NCBI RefSeq assembly: GCF_006345805.1
Contig: NC_042999.1
Span: 82,646,001-82,710,000, forward strand
Origin: Octopus sinensis
Lineage: Eukaryota
Direction of reading: 5' to 3'
DNA length: 64,000 nt
Below the pieces are notes generated by a model. The model was not told where the DNA came from and did no database searches. It saw nothing but the letters and a program-made list of their open reading frames with translations. The position numbers and the translations under genes are program-made. How positions within the stretch are numbered: the first letter of the stretch is position 1; each line of letters opens with the position of its first letter. This document shows positions 26,712-40,703 of the stretch, one piece after another.

Positions 26712-26845
26712 CTTTTACTTGTTTCAGTCTAGGACGCTGCCTTGAAGAGGTTTTAGTCGAACATATCGACCACAATGCTTTTTTGCTAAACATGGCTCTT
26801 TTTTGCCGAACCGCTAAGTTACGGGGATGTAAACCAACTTCTAAG
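26712..26845 (-). mobile_element. SINE family B, 3' module
   Basis: TCTTTTACTTGTTTCAGTC...TTTTGCCGAACCGCTAAGTTACGGGGA on the + strand. Confidence 0.75.
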
Positions 26846-28420
26846 CACATAGCCACGCCTGCGCTTATGAGAATGCTTTTAATACATCTATTCATGGAGA
26901 TGTCTAAGTTGCATGTAGAAGTAGTGAGCTGAAGACTAGTAAGCGTTATTATATTAAAGAAAGCATCAGGCGAGTTGAAATAACCTATTCATTAAACTGA
27001 TTGGCGATGCTTATTACTGATTTTGCTCGATTTACATCTTTGTCAGCTTTCAACGACCTCGTGTATTTTGATTTAGCTGCATCCAAAGATTCTTTCTGTA
27101 TTTCTAAAAGAATTTTGTTGCTGATTAAAATATCCTTCAAAACTATTTTCGCTTTATCCAGATGTACTATTTGAGAACTGAATTACCACCTGTAAATACT
27201 TCTACACAATAAGCTATCGATTTCGAAAGACAAGAAATATTTAATGGTCAGTTTAAAGAGTTCAGAAAGTGGCATGAAGAGTATTAGAAGTAAATGATGT
27301 GTAAGATTTTACTATCGTTGTCGGCTATTTCCGTGTAAAGTCACCTGTACAGTTTCACATTATTTCTATTAAAAAATTTTATAGTATTTGTGATTCTTCG
27401 AAAGTGTTTATCGGTTAAAAGAATGGAGCATTAAAACAAATGATTTTACGTGTTCCATTGTCATGTGCCAGAGAATTAAGACTTTTCATGTAATTAATTT
27501 TATCTTTAAAACCGCTTCGTTTTAACGCCTAATTTTAATAATAGACTATTTTGTTGAAAGATTTCTGGGATGAAATATAGGATAATCATACGGTAACATT
27601 TTCTATAAATTATTAATAATGACAGGTGGATGACTTGAGGCAGCATTTATGTGTTCTAACGTTTATTTGGCTTCTTAAAAGCTAAGTACTTACTTGTTTT
27701 TAAAGTTAACTTTACATCTCAAACATTAACTATGTATAAATCTGTTTCAACTGCAAATCTTAGGTTTCCTTCTTGAGATAATTCAAAGAGATAGAACTGT
27801 TCTAAATTTATTTAACTGTTGCGTTTTCATATAGCGTGTGTGTAACAATTAAACGATCACTTCAATATATTCACATTTTATATTATTAAACTTATTGTTT
27901 AACAGATTTAAAATATACAGGGTAATGACCTCACCAATTTTAACACAGCCTAATCAACCCATAAACATTATTCTTCTTTAAACAACCTTCTTCAAGACAA
28001 CCAATTAGCATAATTCTTCTTTAACCACTTGGTACTATCGCAAGTATGTAATGACACTTGTGATATTTGAGACAAAAATTGCAATATTATTTTTGCAAAA
28101 AATAAGATTCAATTACCGATATATAAAATCCAATTATGCAAAATGGTCAGTCTATATCGTTGTTTCTGTTATTGGGCCAATTAATAGCACAAGAACTGTA
28201 TTCCGTGATACGATACTGGTCGTTTGTATAAATCAACGGATTAAACAAACAACTACTTTACCATTATGAAATAACAGCACTTAGTATCAGTAAGATAATC
28301 TTGTCTATGTTTATCTCGCGTATTGCGTAATAAATTCGGGTAAACTATTTAGGTTTTCCCTATTTCAGGTTATTAATCTCTATGATGGAAATTGGTAAAA
28401 ATTTCGTTTGTCCTATTTAA

Positions 28421-28951
28421 CCTTTTGACAGTGAAATTAAATTTCATGGTCATTTTTCTAATGATGTTAATTATTTATCAAAAAATAGAAATCGTATTTT
28501 CTGCTTCTCCAATACTTATTTTAGTATTTTGTGTAAGTCTGGTTTTCATACAACCACAAAAAGTATGTTATTCTTGCCCTGTAAAGAGATATTGGATGAA
28601 TTATTTTCTTTTTTAAATCAAGAGAATTTGCAAAATTGTCTTTTGAAGAAAAGTGCCACTGATGGTGTCTCCGCTTCTCGCATAATTAGGAGAGGTGTTT
28701 TTGACAAAACCATGGGGCTAAAATCGCTTTCCCCAATTAACGGTAATAACATTTTGAGAGGATATATCACATCGATATATAAACATTTTATATTATTGAA
28801 CGCTTTGCTCGACAAATTTAGAATAAACAGGTTAATGACCTCGCTGATTTTAACACAGTCTAGACAACCCATAAACAATTCTTCTGTCAACAACCTTCTT
28901 CAAGACAGCCAATTAACGTTTTACACGTTCGAAAAATTAAAGATAATGTAA
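28421..28951 (+). other. 176-codon stop-free reading frame of unknown function (exon, pseudogene or TE/viral ORF fragment)
   Basis: Non-repetitive frame PFDSEIKFHGHF...ITSIYKHFILLNALLDKFRINRLMTSLILTQSRQPINNSSVNNLLQDSQL...KIM* in AT-rich DNA; its C-terminal part recurs at 27856-28013. Confidence 0.4.
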
Positions 28952-29239
28952 GACTTGTGTAAGACAATGCTCTTAACCCTCTTATCAATATCGTATTTTG
29001 TAATTCTTTAGCTTCTAAATTATTGAATTCATCTAGAATAAGGTAATAACTACATCAAAAGACTGCAGAGTTAACGTAAGCAAAACTAATAGCTGTGAGT
29101 TGTAAGGATTCGGTTTGAAATAAGATTTGTATATGAAAAGGTGTGTGTTTCTTTGTGTGTCTGTTTGTATCTGTCTGTCTATGAGTGTATACATATACAT
29201 GTATACATACATACACGCACACACATACACACAAACATA

Positions 29240-30098
29240 CAGGGTGCGATGGGTAAATTGTTGCTGCTTTATAGCTTTCATTTCGTGCAAGCACATTGTT
29301 TGTTTTTGATTTTGTTGGCTACAAAGTATGGTAGGGTCAGTTGGGCACCATCTGTGAGAAAAACAGGACCATGATTCAATTTCCTCTGCCAGAAATTTGG
29401 AAATGACATGCTGTACTGCTTGGCATTCGCAACGGAAGCTCCAATACGAATATTTCAGAGTATTTGGGTGTCAACCTGAAGACAGTGCAATCTGAGGACA
29501 CGTACCGAGAGTGATAAAAATCAAGCATCCAGTGAACATCATGGTGTTTGAAGTGATCACTAGTGATGGCGACGTTATGTCGCTATTCATCTTCCCCACA
29601 CTGCCTCACACTCAACAGGAAGCCTACATCAAGTGCCCGGTGGAAGTAGTGCAGCCCTGGGTGAAGCGGGTGGCTGCTGGAAGACCCTGTCTGGCAACAG
29701 GACTCTGCACCTTGCCACACAAGCAGGGGAACCCAATCATGGCTGTCAAACAATTTCTGCGACCACATCACCCCTAACATGTGGTCACCTAACTCCCCAG
29801 ACTTGCAGCCCCCTTGATTATTATGTGTAGAGAGCAGTTGAGCGAGAGACCAACAAAATTCATTGTAACACCAAACATGAACTGAAGGCAAGGATTATAG
29901 CAGCATTCGCCAACTTGAAAACAAGGAGACAGTCCAGAAGAGTTGCAGGACATACCGAAGTCTTCTGGAGGCCGTGGTTGAAGCCATTGTCGATTATATT
30001 TAATAAATTTACTCTTTAGTATTTCAAGATATTTTTATGTAATTTTGGTAAATGTATCCATTAAAATAAGCTGTCAGTGTAATATTCACCGCACCCTC
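29240..30098 (+). mobile_element. Internally deleted Tc1/mariner element, DD37D (maT)-like
   Basis: TA-CAGGGTGCG left end and CGCACCCT right end; remnants KIKHPVNIMVFEVITSDG and WQQDSAPCHTSRGTQSWLSNNFCDHITPNMWSPNSPDL. Confidence 0.85.
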
Positions 30099-30150
30099 TC
30101 TCTCTCTCTCTCCCTCTACATATATATATATATATGTGTGTGTGTATGTG

Positions 30151-30224
<74 letters not shown>

Positions 30225-30227
<3 letters not shown>

Positions 30228-30423
30228 TAAATCCCAAAAAGAAGAACAACAAACATAAAAAATAAGAACAACGCGAGTACGTGGTACATGTAATGTATTA
30301 GCTGACGCCCAGAGAAGGAAAAGATGATTTAACGTTTCGAGCAACGCTCTGCTTTAGAAACAGAGGAAAGTCCAATAGAAAGGAAGACGGAGGAAGAAAA
30401 TCGCCAACGAACCACATGTGGTT
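30225..30423 (-). mobile_element. Family P1 pseudo-LTR-like element, hammerhead core decayed
   Basis: Aligns with 11135-11352; minus strand GTTT-CTAAAGC-A-GAGC-GTT-GCTC-GAAACGTT-AAAT at 30327-30361. Confidence 0.7.
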
Positions 30424-30979
30424 ATATATATATAATACAATATAATATAATATAATATAATATAATATAATATAATATAACATACTATGAGAAAATGAGA
30501 TGGCAAAGGAATAAACGATTAGTCATGATTTTAAGATGGACGTACTGCTGAAAAGGCTCTAGACTGCGTACGCTGAAATACCTACCACTGAAACAAGTTC
30601 CATAAGAGACATATTCAGACAAGGTCTGGCAGATAGACGGTGACTGCAGCGACTGGTAAAAAAAAGTAATGCTAATATGAATAATAATCAGATTAGGAGA
30701 CTGGGCTTTTATGGTAAAAAGACCGTACGGGTCATAAACATTATGTGTTGAAATTTCCATAAGGCGGATCATTAAAATTATTAAATAAAGTTATCGTTCA
30801 ATTAAATTATAAAAGAAAATATTAAAAACTTGAAAAATTCAAATCGTGCGAAGATGCCAGCTATAAAAATTAGAAAGTTATCTTGAGGAAATCATGCAAT
30901 GAATAATATGACTAGAAAATTTCATTTGCTTGGGGGTAAAAGAGCACACACATACTCACACACAGATTCTCGCTCATGA

Positions 30980-31015
<36 letters not shown>

Positions 31016-31294
31016 AGCACATATACATATAGATAAGTGTGTGTGTATCTGTGTAATATAAGCTATATAAAATATATGGAAATGTAATTTCTATATTTTA
31101 CGTTGGGTAGAGTGGATAGATATATTTATTATATCTACTTTTGAGTTTCGCTTTTGGCTGCTCATGACTGTAGAGAGGAGAGAAGAAAGTGGGGATAAGC
31201 TTTCTCTAAAACAAGTCAGTTAACATCTCAAATATCCCTACACAATCATAAGATATAAGGAGTGTCTCTGCACATACACGTATGAAAAAAAAGA

Positions 31295-31295
<1 letters not shown>

Positions 31296-31370
<75 letters not shown>
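31296..31370. repeat. (AAT)n microsatellite forming the tail of a partial SINE A (31370-31498, minus)
   Basis: Seen directly. Confidence 0.85.
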
Positions 31371-31969
31371 TAGATACAAGGCCTGAAATTTGGGGGAGGG
31401 GATTGCCGATTATATTGACCCAATACTCAACTGAAACTTATTTTATCGACCCCCGAAAGGATTGAAAAGGAAAGCCTACATCAGCGGAATTTGAACTCTT
31501 ATCAGACAGGTAAGTCAGGATGGGTATACTGTGCTTTATATATTTTACCCCAGTGTCCCTTCAATGAGTGTAGTCGACCTAAACGATTCCATTTTAGTTC
31601 GGTTCGTCATTTAGTGATGGATATTCTGTCGATGGGTGAAAATAAGATTTTCTCGCAAGATCAGTTGTGTTTTAACCGGTGTTGTTGCCTCAAACACATA
31701 TATGTAAACACATATATGCACTCAAATGCATACATGCGCACATACACACACACACACATGCATATACATGTATACATACATATATGTGCGTGTGTGCGGT
31801 ATGTGTGTGTATGTGCGTATGCGCGTATGTATGTACACACACCAGGGTTCTGCCGAAATTAATACAAAAGAAGGATAATCTTTTCATTAAATGACAGAGA
31901 TCGTTCAAATTGCATGTTTTGATAGAGTAACACTTCGCCTATATTACCTATTCTTTGTTGTAGGCAAAT

Positions 31970-32990
31970 GATGGGTTCTAAGCAGAAGCAACGTTTTGTC
32001 ATCGAATTCTTGGACGAAGGAAGAGTATCAGCTCTGACATTTACACAAAGCTGCAGTCTGTTTGCAAAAATGACACCATTGACTGTAGCAATGTTTGCAG
32101 ATGTTTACAAATAGGCGTAGGAGTGGCTGTGTGGTAAGTAGCTTGCTTACGAAGCATATGGTTAAGGGTTCAGTCCCACTGCGTGGCACCTTGGGCCAAC
32201 TAAAGCCTTGAATGGATTTGGTAGACGGAAACTGAATGAAGCCCGTCGTATATGTATGTGTGTGTATGTGTTTGTATGCCTGTGATTCCCCCCCTCCCAA
32301 CATCGCTTGACAACCGATGCTGGTGTGTTTACGTGTCCGTAACTTAGCGGTTCGACAAAAGAGATCGATAGAGTAAGTACTAGGCTTACAAAGAATAAGT
32401 CCTGGGGTCGATTTGCTCGACTAAAGGCCTTGCTCCAGCATGGCTGCAGACAAATGACTGAAACAAGTAAAAGAGTAAATGGGCGAAGAAGTATTGAGAT
32501 GGAAAATCAGCTTTGAAAACAAGTATACATCGGAAGACTATGAACTGTGATCACTGAAATGAATTGTCACCATGTGGACGAACTAATTTGAGTGGACGGA
32601 CTAGTCACAATCCGATTTTGATGTCCAGTTTGTCTGTGAACACAATGCACTACAAATTTGGCTAAATTATGTGCAAATGGGTACTTTGACATTTGACAGC
32701 CTGTTTGAAGAGTTGGGTAAAAGGTAAACTCGATCTATTGGAATCGTTTGAAGTGAAGGAAAATGCGACTTTGAACAATCTGAGGATCGAGGGTGAATCG
32801 GAGCCATATGTTTACGATCGGAAAACAAACGCTCAGCTCGTGGAATGGCGTCACAATTCTTCTCCAAAGTTTAACAATGTCAAGAGCCAAAGATCAAAAG
32901 TCTCAGAACATCAAAGCGTTTGTCATTTTCTGAAATGTAGTTTTACGGTGAACAATAAGTGGGACATTCTTGTCAAAGAACAATAAATAT
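31970..32990 (+). mobile_element. Decayed mariner transposase interrupted by a SINE B
   Basis: KQRFVIEFLDEG...DIYTKLQSV, then after the SINE VLRWK...VDELI, a CA.WV..HLT remnant (frameshifted) and YVYDRKTNAQLVEWRHNSSPK (mariner WVP..L and YDPETKxQSxEW motifs). Confidence 0.7.
32113..32478 (+). mobile_element. SINE family B, full length
   Basis: Head to tail ...CCAGCATGGCTGCAGACAAATGACTGAAACAAGTAAAAGAG. Confidence 0.92.
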
Positions 32991-33136
32991 GTGATCTAAA
33001 TAAACTATTGACTAATCCTTGAGTAAAATGCAAAATTGTTTTCATAACTCGACATAAAAACAAACATTACTATTCATAAGATATATATATATATCTTTGA
33101 TTTGCCTAATAGTGGTTTTATCTCTAATTAATTTAT

Positions 33137-33170
<34 letters not shown>

Positions 33171-33172
33171 AT

Positions 33173-33238
<66 letters not shown>

Positions 33239-33306
33239 TATATATATAGAGAGAGAGAGAAGGAAATATATATATATGTATATATGTGTGTGTGTGTGTG
33301 TGTGTA

Positions 33307-33346
<40 letters not shown>

Positions 33347-36040
33347 ATACATAAATGTCTGGTAGTGTGTTGCGTACCGTTACTTGATAAATTTTAAAAA
33401 TTCATTGTAAATAAACAACAGATAAAATGGTATACGTTTAAGACACACCGGATCGCTAATTCTTTATCAGCTATCAACCAGAATGGTTAAAGGTGCGAAA
33501 CTGAGTATTACCATTCTTGTTGATAATTAATGAAGAATTAGAAAGCTTCTGTGTCTCATACATATACGTTTTTTATCTGTTATTTATTTGCAATGCATGT
33601 GTGTGTGGTGTGTGTGTGTGTGTGTGTGTAATATGTTATATTATATTATATTTGGTTTAGGCATTGTAAGACTCATAACCTGATTATTAGTCAATATATG
33701 AGTCGATAGAACTCACTGAACGTGTTTCAGAATAAAGTATTACATGAGCGGTAGTAAGAAAAAGAGATGACACAGGAAAAAGAAAGGTTATGTTATATTT
33801 TTCATTAGCTTACAGCTGTTACTGCTAATAAGTTGCAGTGAACTAAGTACCTGGATAACATCCTATAGCTTCATCGGAGCCTCGAATATGAAGTGCAATT
33901 TATTTGGGATAAAAAGAATTACATTTTTTGGAATGTACTTTAGTGTCGACGAGCAGATTAATATGTATATATATATATATAATGCATGTGTTGCCACTTA
34001 ACCTCAGTTGGTTCAACAAACTCAGCTTTTACCTCTCTACATCGTAGGGGGGTATAGTTCAATATGATTTTTCAGTTTTCAGATTAAGTCCTTGTACGGG
34101 CACAGAATAAAGAACAGTAAAGATAACCACATTGTCACGAGAATGAACTTCTCAAAGACTATTACAGAAGAGCAATTTCGTTTTGGGCCTCATAAACACA
34201 ATGTAATTTCTTTGCAGTGCAAAAAATATGCTTCGTAAGAAAGTTTGCCGTTTCGCTTCAATCCATGTCTATATGCATGCATGTATGTATATATGCATGT
34301 ATGTATATATATATATATATATGGTGTGTGTATGTACGTATATACATGTGGTGTTGTATGTATGCGTGCGTATGTATGCATATGTACATATATACATATA
34401 TGTGCGTGTGTGTATATATATATATGTATATTCATATATATATATATGTATATATGTAAATATCCATACATATACACACATATGCTTGGACGTATGTATG
34501 TATATATGCACGCACGTACGTATGTATTTATGTATGTGTGTATGTATGTATGTATGCATGCATGTACGTATGTACTAAAAGCTATAAATGACATGGGCAA
34601 CTGTCTTTCTTGAAATACGTAATATTAGTATTTTATTTTCTTTATATTTTCGTTTTTCTCCAATCCAGAGGAAAGAGCAACAATATCCAATAATCAAGGG
34701 AGAATATCTTATGAAACGAGCAATTAAGTCAAGCAATAAGGAAGGTACAAACGATTTAGCTTTAAGAAATAAGCTGTGAAGAGATATTGTAGAAGAGGGA
34801 GAAAACCTGTTGGGGGATTTCATTTGTTTATTAGAAAAGCATGCACGATAAAAATTAATCCTTGAGGAAATCGAACCAACGCAGAAACTGCGTGAATATA
34901 AATGAATAAAGAACTTCAATACTATGTCGATATATACAACAATACCTCGAATCAATTGAATACCATAAATTATATAATTGGCGTGAAGGGAAATTAAGAA
35001 ATAAAATAACATCTTGCATGTTAGCAAATGAAATGAAACGACACAGGAATACATGTCAAACACACAATAACGTAGTGTCAACGATTTAGGGATTGCTACT
35101 GAATATAAAACTGGTAAACAGTCAAGGAGCTTACTAGCAAGTAGAAGTCGCTTTGTGATTTAGAGTCTACGAAAAGAGTTTGAGAGAAAAATGCAAATCT
35201 TCAAAGCTTAGAGAGTAGATCCTTGCTTACTCATAATACTCACTGTAATAGTGGGTGGGGGGACAGGAATACTAAACAATTAAATGGTTAGAGACAAGCG
35301 ATAAAGTTATAAATTATCGAATTGAGAGTGTGTGAGAAGAGAAGTTTGCACAGCACCAAAAGTGGAGTTGAAATGTTTGGAAATTAAGGTAAAAATTATA
35401 CTGAAACTTTATTATCAAAAGAAAAGATATTGATATCGAAAACTATCGAGAAAGCGAAGAAAGTATTGATCTGCAACAAGTATGTTGATGTCCACAATAA
35501 AACCTACACCACATAACTGGTGAATTTTGCTGTGTGTTATAGAATATTTTCAGATCAACCTAGATTTTAAAACAGTATCAGACCAGTTTATCTCATTCTT
35601 AAGTCGAAAGGCTCAATTATTGTAACGATTAGTCCATCACTTGCCTCAAAATCTTAAATAATACCTGGGTGGTAGTGAAATACAAGAAGTACAATAGAAA
35701 TCGTCAACATTTTCTTTGCATTTCAGCAAGTAATTTATGCTACATTCTCTGCAAGACACAGATAAGCAATCCCTGAGAAGTGATTAATGAAAGACGAAAC
35801 GAGTCGGTTCGATTTCTATTCCAGAGTACTTAAAACTTTATGCTTTAATCATGAAGGTTCACTTTTTCAGTGAAATTAAACATGTCTCCCAATGCATAAA
35901 AAAATATGACCATATATGAATATTCATTTTTAACTTGCATTATATCAATACTCAGATTATCACTATTTCGGAGCTACCATATATTTCAGCAGACAAATGT
36001 TCTGCACCTGAAAATTTCCTTGTAGTATACTGGTCGGGGT

Positions 36041-36345
36041 GGAGGCGCAATAGCCCATTGGTTAGGGCAGCGGACTCACGGTCGGAGGATCGCGGTTTCG
36101 ATTCCCAGACCGGGCGTTATGTGTATTTATTGAGCGAAAACACCTAAAAGCTCCACAAGGCTCCGGCAAGGGTTGGTGGCGACCCCTGTTGTACTCTTTC
36201 GCCACAACTTTCTCTCACTCTCTCTTCCTGTTTCTTGAGTAACGCTGCGATGGACTGGCGTCCCGTTCAGCTGCGGGGAACACATGCGCCACAGAAACCG
36301 GGAAACTGGGCCCATGGGCCTGGCTAGGTTTGAAAAGGGTGACGT
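36041..36345 (+). mobile_element. tRNA-derived SINE family C (Meta/V-domain-like), full length
   Basis: A box TAGCCCATTGG, B box GGTTTCGATTCCC, central GCTGCGATGGACTGGCGTCCCGTTCAG...CACAGAAACCGGGAAACTGGGCCCATGGGCC. Confidence 0.85.
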
Positions 36346-37325
36346 TTATCATTTTATACTGGCCGGGACGCGAATTTTTTTCCCCACGAGAGTTCCAAAT
36401 CCCAGTTATAAGCTCATTTGCATACAACTAATCAGAGCTCAACCATCAGACTAAGTTATGAGCGCATAACAAGTGATGGGCGATAAGAAAATGTCATTTG
36501 GGTAAGGAATGACCATGCTTCTTTTCTTTTTGATATTGCTTGTGTTCTTGTTGTTGTTTCAACCTTAGCTGAGTAGTTATTTGTGTTGTTTACTTTCTAA
36601 AACAGTAAGGGGAGAGTGTTGCTAGCACATCTCCCTCTACCCATATTTTTCCCATCCATATCTTTACCATACGGGGCCCTAACAAAATCCGATAATAGGC
36701 ATAGATGCAAAATTATCTAATTACTAGTCTGCTTCTAAAATCAGGTATAACTTGGCGATCGGTCGACTTACAACACTGTTCATCATCTTGAGTTTACTTG
36801 ATAGAGTGTGTTTGTTAATTTGACAATAAGGTCAAGGTGAGCTCTGATTGGGTGTCAAGAAATGAGTTCATTACTGGGGTCCAGAACTGACGTGAGAAAA
36901 AAAATTTCGCGGCTGTGACAATCGTTTTCATGGAAATTCAAGAGTTGCTCATGAGCGCAACTTTTCACTCACTGTCATATAGCTGGTTTCTAGAAATAAG
37001 TTGAACCAAAGGAGCTTGGTATCAATGTCACTGCAGTTGTAAGAACATAAAGAACCTGGATATATACGGCAGAGCATCTCATTCGATACTTTATAATTTT
37101 TCCGATCAATCATTCAGAACCAGTACGTTATTTATCGACACTGAAAGGTAAAGTTGACCTCTGCGCGATTTGACTTCAAAGTTGAGAAAACTGCCGCATG
37201 CAATACTGGTGATTCTATCCCACACTGTAACAACTCTGCCGATTCGCTGGCAACTTATAGCTATAAAGCTAACAGGTTGATGACATCGGAACACATTGTT
37301 TAGTATTTGACATGATAGATAACTC

Positions 37326-37618
37326 GATAAAATATACAAATACACATTCACATACACACGCATATACATACACAGATACGTAAAATATATAGCATACGCA
37401 TGTGTGTGTATAGATTTACACACACACATATACATATATATATATTATATATATATATATTATATATATATATAATATATATATATATATATTAATATAT
37501 ATATATATATATATAACATATATACATACATATATTTTATACATATATATGCTATATATTTTACGTATCTGTGTATGTATATGCGTTTGTATGTGAATGT
37601 GTATTTGTATATTTTATC
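37326..37618. repeat. 71-bp near-perfect inverted repeat enclosing a (TA)n tract
   Basis: Arms 37326-37396 and 37548-37618, one mismatch. Confidence 0.85.
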
Positions 37619-37620
37619 AA

Positions 37621-37664
<44 letters not shown>

Positions 37665-38221
37665 ACGTGAATTGCAACGGAAACCAGTTTATGAATTAAC
37701 CTAAGAAAGACCAGAAGCTCACCAATACCAGTATATGAGTATATTACTGAAACGGAACGACATAATACGTTGTTTTAACTAGAATAAACATAAGGGTTGC
37801 TTTTATTCTCAATTGGAAACACGCACTTCCAGAATGTAAATATTTGTTCATTTCTAACCGTGGGAGTACATTGTTTGAAAGACATGAAGTAATAAGAAAT
37901 ACGCCCGTAATGATAAAGATACAGCAAGAATAATATATGTTGAGTAATTAAATCATAATAGATAATTGTACGTATGCTTATGCATATATACGTGTGTATG
38001 AATGTATGTATATGTGTGTGTGCATATTTATATATATATAAATATATATATATATATAAGGACATATAAACGCACAAGAGAACTTTAAACATATATATAT
38101 ATATATATACATAAGTATATATATGCATATCTGTGTGTGTGTGTCCGCGTGTGTGTATGTACGAGGGGAAGTCAAAGATAATCCGCACTTTCGCTATAAT
38201 ATATCTTTCTTATCGTCACAC

Positions 38222-38408
38222 AGCCTTCTGCGCTGATCGAAGTGTGGTGTGTTTATGTCCCGGTAACTTAGCGGTTCGGAAAAGGAGACCGATAGAATAA
38301 GTGCTAGGCTTGCAAAGAATAAATCCTGAGGTCGATCTGTTCGACTAAAAACAATGCTCTAGCATGGCTGCAGTCAAATAACTGAAGTAAGTAAAAGAAT
38401 TAAAGAAT
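38222..38408 (+). mobile_element. SINE family B, 3' module
   Basis: GTGTTTATGTCCCGGTAACTTAGCGGTTCGG...CTAGCATGGCTGCAGTCAAATAACTGAAGTAAGTAAAAGA. Confidence 0.8.
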
Positions 38409-39701
38409 AAAGGAATATATGTTCATATGTGTGTGTGTACACACATATATCTATAAACACACACACACACATATATTTATATATGCGGGTGTATATGTGT
38501 GTGTTTACGTGTATGTGTATAAATATATACGTGCATGTATGGATATATGGATGCATGTAAATATAGCAGATTACAAAAGCTGTTTCTCAGTTTAGTCAGA
38601 GATCCCGATGAAATTAAATATTTACAGTTACAGAATATCATTAAGAGCCAATGACTTAAAATACTCTAACAGAAATCTTTGTTGGTAGCAACAGTATATA
38701 ATAGATCTGTTTTCTCTGTTGTCTGTCTCAATTGAAGAATCTCCAGTATATCCTCAGATACAGGCATATTCATCTGTACCGCACTCCACCACAACAATGA
38801 TTTAGCGTAGAGTTGCTTTACCTTAGCTAAATTTATGAGGAAGGTTAAATAACTAGATATAATCCTCCGTTTAATCTATATCTCCTTAGGAACACTGTCA
38901 TGAACTTTCTGCCTCTTACCTGGCTACACATTCCAAGCCCGCGTAAATACTACAAGTTTTGAATTCACCTAATGTTAGGCTTAGCTACTCTTGCCTAGAT
39001 ATTAACGATTCCAAAACTATGCACTACAGCAGAAAAACCAGCGATATACAGAGCGATTATCAGAGTGTCTGATATTATCAGTGGAATGACATGGAATTTA
39101 CACCAAATTACTTGAAGACAAAGTTTATTCTGCATATTAACTGTTTCAAATCTGGGGTCTGGGGAAACTTTCTTGTTTAGCTTGACTCATTGGAACTAAG
39201 AAAAATTACATGTTCATTATATCACATCTCACTGAGGCACCCGCTTAATTTATTGCCCATGTCTTCATATAGAAAACCCACTGCAACAGCTGGCTCTATT
39301 CCTTAATCATAAACTGAAATGTCGTAACGTTACCACAACGGACCTTTTCTCTTTCAGCTACTTTTAAGCTATCAGCTAATTTCAAACTATAAATTTTAAC
39401 ATTTAAAAAAAAAAAAACAAGTCACCATCTATATATGTCGACAGAAGTATCTCTCATTCAACAATAGTCACAGGCTTATGATTCCAACTCGTAGAGTTAT
39501 GTTTAAGATCAGCCAAACTTATCAAGAAATGGTAGCTTTACTTATTCAAAAGCTGTGACCGCCGAATCCTTCGATACTGTAGCTACCGAACAAGCAAACA
39601 TTATTTTTCCGGCTGTGCAATTTTAGTAACGCAAATCTGAATTATGTTAAATAAGTTCTTGTGTGTAGTACGCATGCCATATATGTATGTATGTATGTAT
39701 G

Positions 39702-39735
<34 letters not shown>

Positions 39736-40703
39736 TGTATGTATGTATGTATGTATGTATGTATGCGTGCATGTAAGTATGTGTGTATAATTTTATATAA
39801 ATAATGTATATTTCTACACATTTTTCAATGCTGAAGCATTTTCTTAAAGGCGCAGGAGGTAAAATATTCATCGAATTACGTAATAGATATGAAAGGAAAT
39901 GACATGTGTGCGAGCGTATATATGTGTATGTAAGCTTGGGCATATTTTTGTGTATATGTAAGCAAGCATATACACGTGTCTGTATGTATATGCTTTTGTG
40001 AGGGAGCGTGTGCATAAATATGCATACTTATGAATATATACACTTACATAATTATTATTTATACACTTTTATATACCCTTTTTCTATGTGGATATATTTA
40101 AATATTTTCTTTGAATTATCTTTGTGGCTGTTTCCCTATTTTCCTTCCTGTGGGTATTCTACCATTTACAGTTGCAATTATAAGTCTTTTTCCCTTTTGA
40201 CTTTGCAATTTCCTTAACTGAAAATGAGGCAATTCCTGCCATTAATCTAACATTACATTTTTGAATGAATATTTATATTAAGGTTGATTTCTTTTACGAA
40301 TTTTTTTATTATTATTTTTTTGAAAATTTATCACGTATATAAAGCAACGTATATCTGATATCCCGTGCTTTGAGAAAAAGCTTTAAATCATTTGTACAAC
40401 CATAAAATGTTTATTCGAGTAAAATTGTGTTAACTCTAATCTTCCTTGCATTGGGGCCATTTTTTTTTACTTTTCTTGGTGGTGAGGGATGCAACTCGCG
40501 AAATAATTGTAATATACGTGTGCGCATATATGGGTAGGATAGATGTAGATATACAAGTGTGTATATCTTTATAGATACTTGTGCATATATAGATACATGT
40601 GCATATGTGCATATATATATATATATATGTTGTTGTTGGCATCCTTTTTGTCTCGGGAGACAATGGAGCTGCGCATAAAATAATCTACACCGGCTTTTAC
40701 ATT

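Noticed and set aside
34070-34760. Two plus-strand acceptor-like sites followed by short open frames
   Set aside because: Donors are weak, frames are short and the peptides are unrecognised.
35770-35810. GACGAAACGAGTC hammerhead-like half motif (also 33430-33470 minus, 22455-22520)
   Set aside because: The CUGANGA or GAAA half, or the stems, do not form; compatible with chance.
36041-36115. tRNA genes at SINE heads (also 13790-13864, 32113-32185)
   Set aside because: A and B boxes are present but run directly into SINE bodies and lack a proper cloverleaf.
38640-38945. Minus-strand ~69-codon frame and a CAG|GTAAGA donor
   Set aside because: Cannot be joined into a supported exon; no homology recognised.
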